In this document: in pieces, positions 53,632 to 64,000 of the stretch
How the letters are laid out: every line of letters begins with the position of its first letter
How positions within the stretch are numbered: position 1 is the stretch's first letter
DNA from: Paraspadella gotoi
Taxonomy: Eukaryota > Animalia > Chaetognatha
Assembly (NCBI GenBank): GCA_051294375.1
Contig: CM119268.1
Location: 3,624,541 to 3,688,540 of the forward strand
DNA length: 64,000 bases
Reading direction: 5' to 3'
Notes under the pieces: model-generated
Told to the model about the DNA's origin: nothing
The model's input: only the letters and a program-made list of their open reading frames with translations
Databases searched by the model: none
Made by a program: the position numbers and the translations under genes

Positions 53632-55004
53632 TCGGGGCTCCTGAAAAAAAAAATGATTTGTACCAACGGAAAACTAATAACAATCAAAGGAACGATTTAA
53701 TAAAGCGAAATCCTGTTCCGACTTCTGTCATTTTGATGACAGAGGCGAATCGCGAGACGAGTCATCAAAAAGTCTCAATTTCGACGAGAGAGAAACATTT
53801 CTTTCTCTTTGACATCTTTTTCTCCGTCTTCCTTCTTCCGTTGTTTGGGTTGACGAGTAGAGGTAGCGCGGTGGGCAGGAGATATTGTGGTTCAATAAGG
53901 TTTTTGGCTAAATACTGCTTTGCGCAAATCGGCTTTGTGCAATCTTTTTGCAAGTTTAACCTAAGTCGCCATTTGTTATTAGGCTTTAATTTTTCGGAAG
54001 TTCTTCATCACTTTTTCAATATTATTCAAACTTATGCCAATGATTAACGTTCGAAAATAAACCAATGAATCTTAAAACGTTCACACGTTTCTCGACATTT
54101 GAACGGAACCAGAATCGCCTCATCAAAAGAAAACAAAGAATAGATTGGTGAGCAAGATTGTTGCCACTTTGCGTTGCAAGGGTCGCACCAAACGAGGAAC
54201 CATCTGGTTTCTTCATCTTCTTTCTTCTCCTTCCTTGATTCTTCGAGTCTTCAACAGAAAATGACTCGTCGACGTCGCCTTTCGACTCTGGGCCCTTTTT
54301 GTCGTTGGATGCAGCCACGCATTTCGCTAAGAAGAATATTTTTGGTCGCTCAATAAAAAATTTATTATTATTGTTTAAAAGTATAAAAATTATAATTCAT
54401 TTATCAATCATTTTTTTAAATTGATCATTATTATTCTATAACAAAAATATTTGATTAAAAAATTATAATTCTTTTTATTTATTAAGCAATTAATTTAATA
54501 TGAAATAATCTTGTCGGCGCATCTTTGGACTTTTTTACCCGTTTTCTTTCTCTTTTCGCTTTTATAGTTGACTTTATTTCCCTTCATCCCGTCTTTTTAT
54601 CTTTCTCTCCCTAAAGTTTGAGTTTGAGTTTCGTCCTTCCTTTCTAATTCTTGTTTCAAACAATAAGTAAAAATTAAAATAGTTTTTTTTCTCTTTTTGT
54701 TTCTCTTTCAAATCTACTCTGCTGATAGGCAGATTCGTTGGATCAGAGTCTAAACTTAGTCGATATTGTAACAATTTATTAATCTTCGCTGGTTACCACA
54801 AACCGCCATGTTGTTAATATCATTTTTATTAGATTAAAGAGACGAGCCGTATCATTCACTAACGTCGAATAAAGACTCTGCTCCCATGTTTACCGAGTAA
54901 CAATATTGTTACACTATCCGTCACACATAATTGAACCCCCCCCCCTCCTTCGCCAGTTTTTTTTCGTCTCCCGTTTGTCACTAAAAGAGAAAATCAAGCC
55001 GGCA

Positions 55005-55070
<66 letters not shown>

Positions 55071-55590
55071 GCGGTTTTCACGCAACGAGACTCGTTTTCC
55101 AATGTTGTTTTCCGCGTTTTTTGTTCCCTTTTATTGTTTCGAATGTTGTTTTCTTGTTTTTTTGTTTCTCTTTATCGTCGCTTTCTTTATCTCAACGAGG
55201 TGCAAACAACCGCGACTTGGATTTCCGCTCCTCTTGGCTTTTTTTTTTGCCGGTAGGCGTCGCCGTTCTCGTCGTCGTCTTTCTCAACGTCGTCGTTGGC
55301 GTTGAATTCGTCTTCGTCTTTGTTTGCGTTTGTCAACGTGATTCCAAGTTCCCTCATTGCTTTTGGTTGTTGCCATCATTTTCTTTGTCGTTGATTGAAT
55401 TGCTTGTGTCTGCAAAGTTAATATCGGGATATTAATTTCCCCATTTAAATAATATTTAAATAATATCGGGATATTAATTTCCCAATTTAAATAAAGTCCT
55501 CGTGAGAATTGGTCAAAACCTGCGACTGTTCAATCGAGAGTGAAGCGGTCATTTCAGGTCATTTCAGGTTGTGGGGCCGTAGCGACCCCA

Positions 55591-55791
55591 CCAGCCTGGT
55601 TCCGGGCCCACGGCCCATTCCATGGCTGTTAGAGGTGGTTAAAGAATTTACGAAATACCAGCCTGGTTCCGGGCCCACGGCCCATTCCATGGCTGTTAGA
55701 GGTGGTTAAAGAATTTACGAAATACCAGCCTGGTTCCGGGCCCATGGCCCATTCCATGGCTGTTAGAGGTGGTTAAAGAATTTACGGAATA
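55591..55791 (+). repeat. 67-bp tandem repeat, 3 near-identical copies, homologous to the SINE 3' body
   Basis: Unit CCAGCCTGGTTCCGGGCCCACGGCCCATTCCATGGCTGTTAGAGGTGGTTAAAGAATTTACGAAATA starts at 55591, 55658 and 55725. Confidence 0.9.
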
Positions 55792-55872
55792 TCATGTGAA
55801 GTTCATTCAGATTCTTAATCACAGTAGAATCGTTACTTACTTTCCTCCCAATAATTATTGACGACGTCGTTA

Positions 55873-55904
<32 letters not shown>

Positions 55905-56329
55905 CACCCTCCTTCTCCTCTTTCCTGTATTTTTATTTGCCTTCGGCCAAGAAGAAGTCAACAGCGGGTTCACTTTGATATTCCTCTCTCTCTCTCTCCT
56001 CTCACTCTCTCTTCTCTCTCTTCTCTCTCTCTCTCTGTCTCTCTCTCTCTAATTCCTCTCTGTCACTAAATCCAGAAACGACTCGCGTTGACATGAAAAA
56101 TGCAACTGCGGTGGAAGAAGATGTTTTCTTTAAATTTAGAATCTCTTTCCTCACAAAGACACAAATGATTCTCACACAAAGTGTCGCAAACGGGCATGCT
56201 AGTTTGTTTATTTACTGGTTATTAGACAAATTATATTGAAATCGTTCTGTCAATCAGGTTGAATCAGGCAAATGGGGCGTACCTGACATCTGGTAAACCC
56301 TTTTTTCTTTGGGACGAAAAGAGAGAGCG

Positions 56330-56423
<94 letters not shown>

Positions 56424-56930
56424 GTGCCAAAGTTGGGAGCGTAGAAATGAGGGTTGAGAGAGAGAGGGAGAGAGAGAGACAGAGAGTGAGAGTTCCACCC
56501 CCTCTTCTTCCTGACCGCGGGCGTGTGCTCCTTTTCGCCTCATTAACCAAATCTTGGAGGGAAGGCGAATTCGGCGTGCGAGCGTCCGATCCCGCGTGCG
56601 TGCGTGCGACAGCTGCGTGTCTCGGCTCCGCGCATGCGAGTCAGCCTTCGTGCATTGCTCAAATTGCGCGTTGGCCAAAATTGCGCTCGTGCTTGCTCCG
56701 CGTTTTTGAGTGTTTCTCTGCTTGTATTTTTTTGTTTAGAGAAAATTTGTTTTCTGCTTATCAGACGCTTTTTATCCTTACTTTTTTTTTCTTTTTCTTT
56801 TTTGTATAACAATGCGGAAATTTGCCAAATAACATGCCCTTGCCAAACTTCTTTATTTTCTCGAACAAATTTTGAATCGCCTTATTTCAAGACAGAGATA
56901 TTTACTCATTGGTAAAAGTGCCATTGATTT

Positions 56931-57000
56931 AAAACAAAAACCGGCAAGTTGAACTTGTTGCGCCGCAGTGACTTTCTTAAGTTCATCTCCAGATGATCAC
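56931..57000 (-). mobile_element. 3' end of a HINE-like element (copy 3)
   Basis: Minus strand AAGAAAGTCACTGCGGCGCAACAAGTTCAACTTGCCGGTTTTTGTTTT: subTIR, then hairpin CAAGT-TCA-ACTTG, then a T-run. Confidence 0.55.
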
Positions 57001-57079
57001 GTGACACAAGCATGGAAAAGGAGATTTTGAAATTTATGGATTAAATAGAAGGAACCTCTCGACGCGGAACGTAGTGGTG

Positions 57080-57432
57080 GGGCGGAGAGGCAAATTGGAG
57101 AGGCAAGTCGGTGAGGCAAATTGGAGAGGCGTGTCGGAGAGGCGGGTCGGAGAGGCGAGTCGGTGAGGTGGGTCAGAGAGACGGATTAAATAGGCGGGTA
57201 GATTTGGCAGGTCAGTGAGGCGGGTTTTCGAAGCGGGTCAGATGGGTGTGTCGTAGAAGCATGTCGGAGAGGACAGTGCAGTGAGTCAGAGATGCAAAAT
57301 AGAGAAGCGAATTGCAGAGACGAGTCAGTAAGGCAGGTTAAAGAGGTCGGTTGGATAGGCACTTTAGGCAGGTTGAAGAGGCGAGTCGGGGAGGCAGGTT
57401 TGAGAGGTCGGAGAGGAAGGTCGGAGAGGCTT
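57080..57432 (+). repeat. ~16-bp minisatellite (GTCGGAGAGGCG..)
   Basis: About 20 degenerate units. Confidence 0.75.
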
Positions 57433-57559
57433 CGCTTCTCCCGCTAGCGACGATTTTTATGGGTTTTTCTCGCGACCTTCGTTCGAGACGCCGACGTGGC
57501 GCATAAAGGGACTATCAGGGGAGGCCTGCATGAAAACATCTCCAGAAATTAGCTTTCGC

Positions 57560-58050
57560 GGGAGAAAAGCCAAAAAACGGCTTTTACAGCAGGGGAGCGA
57601 AATAAGTTATAAAGGGATACAAATCAATGAAGGATAGCAAAAAAAAGTAATTATGGCTTTTTGTGGCGATAAATGGCTTTCATAGGAGGCAGTAAACTTT
57701 CAAAGAAGGTAAATGGCAGACAAACTAAAAAAGATATTCAGCAAAGACAATCAACAGAAGACCTTAATAGGTGACCACCCAAAAAGGCTTTTAAAGGAGA
57801 CAACCAAAAAAGACAAGTGACAGAGGAAATAACCGTCTAAGACTTTTGGAGGATACAAGCAGAAAAACGCTTTGAGTGGAGAGAAACAAGAAAATGCTTT
57901 CAGAGGAGAGAAAGTTAAAGAGGCTTTCATAGGAGAGAAACAAAATAGGCTTTCAGAGGAGAGAAACAAAATAGGCTTTCAGAGGAGAAAAGCGAGAAGG
58001 CAAGCGACAAATGGGTTTCAGGGGAAAAGCGCGTAAAAAGACCTCCAAGA
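57560..58050 (+). repeat. ~29-30-bp minisatellite (AGGCTTTCAGAGGAGAGAAACAAAAT)
   Basis: Degenerate tandem units, best conserved at 57860-57990. Confidence 0.7.
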
Positions 58051-58146
58051 GGGAAGAGGTACATTATTGGAAGTGATTATTGAGAACCGCCCAGTCAAGG
58101 ACGCTTCCTTCTCCTGTCTATTCACGGTCTCTGTCTCGCTTAATGC

Positions 58147-58200
<54 letters not shown>

Positions 58201-58263
58201 CTCTCTCTCTCTTTCTTTCTCTTTCTTTATCTATTTCTTAATTTTTATCGCTCTTCCTCTTTA

Positions 58264-58402
<139 letters not shown>

Positions 58403-59944
58403 GCATTCAACGTAAGTTGATCCTTTGGAACTCATAACTCTTCAAAAGTAAGAGGATTCCAACATGGAGAAGATTCTTAGCGACGATTTCGGGAAAGGTC
58501 GTAATGACGAGGTATGGATCACCAAATGCGCGGGTAGGGGAAAAGGTAAGGTCAAAATTAAAAGGGAAAGTTCAAAGTATAAGGGAAATGACAGAACTTT
58601 CAACGAAATTTAATGAAAAGAAAGGAAATAGTTGAAAAGGAAAGGAAAGGAGATGAAAGTAAATTAAAATAAACTAAAGTAAAGTTACAATGTCTACCTT
58701 AGAAATTTCAAAATATTTTGACTTCAAAATCGTCACTCGCACTTATCTTTTCTTACCCATCTGACCCTCTTTCCTCTTCAACCCCCGACGATTCACTGAC
58801 TCGTGATTTATCAGCTCCTGTGATCGTTTCACCGAAGTGAAGGCGTCAGGCGTCAACCGTTTGCGTTTTCCATCGGCCATTCACTTCTCCGATTTTAACT
58901 CGCTCCTCGCTGAATTCATACTGGTTCCAGGTTCCTTCACTCCCTTTTTTTTTTAAATCACAGCCTCTGTTATCAGACTGAATTCACGGATCTTCACAAT
59001 TCCGCCTTGCAGCCGGAATCTCACCCTTCAACATTCACAATTATCGTCTTCGTTTTTATCCCGCGGTAACGGTTCTCACATTCCTCACGTTTATCACAAT
59101 TTATCAATGGATGATTCCTGAGATCACCACTCCCCTCTCGTCCAAACCAAACTCATATCGCGCCCACTCATCTATTCTCAGCTTTTTTTCCTTTCTGTCT
59201 CACGCGATTCCCACCTTCCGCCGTAACTCGTCCAACCCTTACCTTTCTTCCACTCACCCTTCATCCCGAAATCGGATCTGACCTCATTTCCCGCGATTNN
59301 NNNNNNNNNNNNNNNNNNNNNNNNNNNNNNNNNNNNNNNNNNNNNNNNNNNNNNNNNNNNNNNNNNNNNNNNNNNNNNNNNNNNNNNNNNNNNNNNNNNN
59401 NNNNNNNNNNNNNNNNNNNNNNNNNNNNNNNNNNNNNNNNNNNNNNNNNNNNNNNNNNNNNNNNNNNNNNNNNNNNNNNNNNNNNNNNNNNNNNNNNNNN
59501 NNNNNNNNNNNNNNNNNNNNNNNNNNNNNNNNNNNNNNNNNNNNNNNNNNNNNNNNNNNNNNNNNNNNNNNNNNNNNNNNNNNNNNNNNNNNNNNNNNNN
59601 NNNNNNNNNNNNNNNNNNNNNNNNNNNNNNNNNNNNNNNNNNNNNNNNNNNNNNNNNNNNNTGGATATAATGATATCTATAAGATTTTTGCTTGTAGATC
59701 AAAAAACTTTGAATCCAAGCTTTTTTCCTCTAGAAACAATATTCTAAAAATCTTGTCAGCTTATTGTTGATTTTTTTTTTCTTTTTTCGTTCTGTTAATT
59801 TAAATATTTATATTTTGTTGAATTGTAAACTGTAACAATTTATGCGTTTATCTGTATGCTGTATGCCCTTTTGAATGTACTGTTCAATCAACTAATTGTT
59901 GTAAACGAATAAAACACATATATTAAAGATTAAGATAAGAAGGC

Positions 59945-60215
59945 GAATAAAAAGATGGCAGATGGTAAATGAAAGAAAGGGATATGGCAGATGGTAAATG
60001 AAAGAAACGGAAATAGCAGAGGGTAAATGAAAGAACTGACTCATGGCAAACGAAGTAATGAAAGTTTTCGTCGCCATATGAAAGGAATTAAGTGCCTTGA
60101 GAAGAACGGGCAGACGACAGAAAGTAGCAGGGAAGTAGCAGATGGCAGATGAAAAAATGTAAGTAGTAGATGGAAAATGAAAAAAATGAAAGTATCAGAT
60201 GGCATTTTAAGAAGT
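59945..60215 (+). repeat. ~31-bp minisatellite (GGCAGATGGTAAATGAAAGAAA)
   Basis: Three clear copies plus degenerate ones. Confidence 0.7.
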
Positions 60216-60477
60216 GTGAAATGATAAATGGGAAGTAAGAGGTGAGTTCGGCAAAAGGTTAAGCAGCCCCAAAAAGAATCGTGGGGGCGGCAGCGGCGGC
60301 GGCCGCGGCGGCGGAGGAGGCGGTGGCGGTGGGAACGGAAGGGGCCGTCGGGGGCGGCGGGGGCGGCGTGGGCGGACTGAGGGGCAGAAAGATCTTGACA
60401 GACCCGTTGAAAGGTCAAACGGGTCGAGATGAGTTGTGACGGAAGATCGGGAGGGGAAAGGGAGGGAGAGGGGAAGA

Positions 60478-60574
<97 letters not shown>

Positions 60575-61457
60575 CTTTTCAAAATTTCCAGTTTGAGCGG
60601 AGCAGCTTTCTATAAGAAAAGGGTTGATAGTGAGTCGGAATTGAACGATATTGATCTTGGGCACGAGTCGCATTTGGGCTGACTTTGCCCTTGTGCATAG
60701 GGCTGAAGGAAGCGTCCATGGTAGATGCTGTTTCATCGAGAACAGCTTCAGCAGTTTTAGCAACTTCATCAGCTTCAGCAGGATTCAGCAGCTTCAGCAT
60801 TTTCAGCGGCTTCAGCGCCATGAATTCAATGAAATTAAACGAATCGAGGAAACATAAAAAACATTAATAAGAATCGACGGAACTAAAAGCGTCGCTTCCC
60901 GCAGCAGCGACCGCAGGGGGATTTCGGTGCAGCAGCGTTAAAAGCCGCAGCACCAACGATCCCATTCGTTCGCGCGAAAGAGAATAAAGTGAAAAACAGC
61001 GAAGACACATTTTACGACGACGATGATGACGATGACGATGACGACGACGGCGACTACGATGACGATGGCGAAAACATCAACGAGAATGTTGACGATCACG
61101 ACAACGATGACGAAGACGACGAAAATGATGACAACGACGACGGTAACGATGATGACGAAGATTACGACGACGACTTCGTCAAGAGTAACGATGACGATGC
61201 CAACGACGACGATGAGGATGACGGTAACGATCATGATGACGACGACGGAGATAACGAAGACAACGTTGCAATGACGGGGCCAACGACGATGACACTGACG
61301 ACGACGACGACTGACGACACGATACCGACGACGACGACGACGACGACGACGATGCCGACGATGCGTAAAGAACACGTCCGCGAATTTCGGCGACGGAAAC
61401 TCGCGACATAATTCTTGTCCCTTTCGGTGAGAGAGAGAGAAGAGAAGAGATAGAGAG

Positions 61458-61510
<53 letters not shown>

Positions 61511-61580
61511 CGCGTGTGATAGAGAGAGGTTGCCTTGTAAAAAGAGAAGGATGTTGTCTAAAAGAGAAAGAGAAAGAAGA

Positions 61581-61659
<79 letters not shown>

Positions 61660-62921
61660 GCGACTGGCAAATGATACGTATGGTATTAAGGCGGCGTCTG
61701 GCATCGAGACCACAACTAGCGATGGCATCTGGTATCGAGACCATAACCCCTGATGGCATCTGGCGGCAAATGAAAGTGCAAAGTCATCGAATAGTCGTTT
61801 GGAACAAGAACAAGACTTTTAATCTTAAAAGTTTTTTTTTAAAACGGTCTTACGTAACGTGGTATTGAAATCCAATATATATTTTTTTAAAGATTAATAG
61901 ATTATTTTTTAATTAAACTTTTTTAATGTTGTGGGGATAGGTCATCTGCTCTCTTTTACTTAGTAGCACTTTTATGTAACCATGTTTATTACCGATTTAT
62001 GACCGAAATGTAAACAAACTAGTTTAGTTTAGTTTAGTTTAGTTTAATTTAGTTTAGTTTAGTTTACACGATGTCCTTATGTCCTTTTAGGAAAGCATTC
62101 TCTAATTCCAAAACTCTTTGCCAATCTCCAATGAAAGAATTTAGTGCCATTAAACAATGCCATTAACCTAGACTAGTGCTTGGTGCCGTCCATGCATGGA
62201 GAAACTCGGTGCCATTCGGTGCCATCAACCAAGGCCATCTACCACGAACTGCAGTCATTCGTCTTCAACGTCATATGTGCTGAAGTTGGTAGAAGATCGG
62301 TGTGGCGGAAGAGCCTTGTCCGTTACAAGAATTAGAAACGAATAAGACGGGATTAACAGTGGGGAAAAAGGAATAGAAATGGATTAAAATAAATGAAAAA
62401 AAATGAAAGAGAGAATGATATACTTTAAAGAAGAAAAAGAATGAAAATAGAAATAACGAAACATTTTTAAAAAATGATTAATTTTTTAAAAAATGCACAA
62501 GGCTGTCCAAATAAAAAACAAATGGTACGAAAACAAAAGGTAAGTGGAAGTAAGTAGAGAAAGGAAATGCTGCTTCGTCGAATATAAAATTGAGAGAGAA
62601 ACCAAACTGGAAAAATTTGGGATCTGGAAAAAGAAAATGTGGGAAGAGAGAAGGAGAGAAATGTTCGCGAATAAAAATAGAAAGGGTGAGGAAATAAAAA
62701 TGAGAAGGAGGGGAAATAAAAGTAGGAAGGAAGAGATAAAAGGAAAAAGTGGAAGGAATAAAGAAGGAAGAAGAAACCAGTAAAATAGGGGGATGGAGAA
62801 CGGGCCTAAGAATTTACGAATGCCGCGGCAACTTGCGTTAATAGTAGAATTTGCAATTTGCAATGTTTTTCTTAACACTTACTCAAAACAATAATCGAAG
62901 AAAAATTGTACAGGGCATAGA

Positions 62922-63078
62922 AACATACGTACATTTATAAATACATACATGCATACATACATACATACATACATACATGCATACATATATACATACATAC
63001 ATACATACATTATTACATACATACATATATTATTACATACATACATACATAGATACATACATGAATACTACATACAAA
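62922..63078 (+). repeat. (ACAT)n microsatellite
   Basis: Direct reading of the sequence. Confidence 0.9.
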
Positions 63079-63155
63079 CATAGAACAGCGAAAAATGAGA
63101 GGAGAGAGGAAAGGAAGAATGAAAAGGAGTTGAATAGAAAGAAAAGAAAAGAGAA

Positions 63156-63276
<121 letters not shown>

Positions 63277-63935
63277 TCAGAGACGTAATCGGATGAAACT
63301 GATAGCTGTATTCACCTTTTCAACTCATGATTAATTACATTATAAGACATAGTCGTCGATAATTACTTTGACATTAGTATTCTTTTCCATTTTAAAGCTA
63401 ACGGAAAATTTATTTTAGCAGCAAGGTAACGTTCTCGTAGAATATTGATTACATCATTCTTTTTTTTTTCTTTTTTCTTTTTTTCGTTCTTTACCGCCCA
63501 ATCAAAATTAAGCGCCAAAAATCTAATATATTTAGAGGCTCGAGCTTAGTGCATAAACTAAAAAGTAAAAATAATATAGACTCTAAAAATTTTTTCCCGC
63601 CAAAAGTATTAATTTTCCCGACAGTTTTAAAGCTTTTTGATTTTTTCGATGAATTTTTAAACAACTTTTCGATTTAATTTTCATCTCGCGCGTTTGTTTC
63701 AAAACGCAGGTGTTCAGTCTCGATAAATATAAGCAAAGTGGAACGAGAAGAGATTAAAATGGAATCAAAAATGAAAAGATAAAAGAAAAAAAGGAGAGCG
63801 CTTTGGGGAAAAGACGTTAAATAAAGAGAAAAGTAGATATTTAAAAAAATTAAATTGTGGAAAAGAAGAAAAAGATGAAAAATGAATCGCAAGTAGGGGG
63901 GGGGGACTTAAATGCCGTTAGAAGGAAAAAAAGTT

Positions 63936-64000
63936 AAAAACAAGAAGGGTAATTCAAATGTGTTGCGCCGCAGTGACTGCCTTATCATGTGTATTTATCG
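63936..64000 (-). mobile_element. 3' end of a HINE-like element (copy 4, truncated by the window end)
   Basis: Minus strand AAATACACATGATAAGGCAGTCACTGCGGCGCAACACATTTGAATTACCCTTCTTGTTTTT is closely similar to 21650-21690 and 6088-6140. Confidence 0.65.

Noticed and set aside
53720-54340. Complex-looking sequence with short ORFs
   Set aside because: No continuous frame, recognisable domain or paired splice sites.
56500-56720. CpG-rich promoter-like patch with NRF1-like GCGCATGCG (56630-56638)
   Set aside because: A single imperfect motif, no linked first exon, and CpG is common throughout this window.
60250-60300. 'DSFWG' in ORF 60041..60769 as the TMTC DFWG motif
   Set aside because: Wrong spacing, no downstream SHKSYRP-like motif and no suitable splice sites.
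60989-61411. Asp-rich 140-aa ORF (and the similar ORF 22865..23344)
   Set aside because: Degenerate (GAC/GAT)n tract open in several frames, with no ATG start or splice support.

Overview
Eukaryotic draft genomic DNA, probably an invertebrate animal (inference from GT-AG introns, an intron-containing tRNA-Tyr, TTAGGG-like tracts, a TMTC gene and HINE/SINE-type repeats). It is AT-rich, dense in (AG)n, (GTC)n and (GCC)n microsatellites, and has many N gaps, so almost all ORFs in the six-frame track are microsatellite artefacts. Supportable content: (1) four phase-compatible minus-strand exons (31198-31101, 30159-27537, 17434-16634, 11712-11356) of a TMTC-family (DUF1736/TPR) protein O-mannosyltransferase whose three predicted cytosolic loops are hugely expanded with low-complexity sequence (about 680, 160 and 290 aa); (2) a two-exon EamA/SLC35G-like transporter gene on the plus strand (7058-8342), probably nested in an intron of that gene; (3) tRNA-Tyr(GTA) with an intron and tRNA-Phe(GAA); (4) HINE/DINE-1-like elements, tRNA-derived SINE-like copies sharing a 3' body, MITE-like elements with telomere-like interiors and many minisatellites; (5) a ~2.4 kb tandem duplication with a fold-back that looks like a long-read gap-filling artefact. 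I found no CRISPR array or prokaryotic system. The most unusual biology is the loop-expanded TMTC protein with altered motifs.
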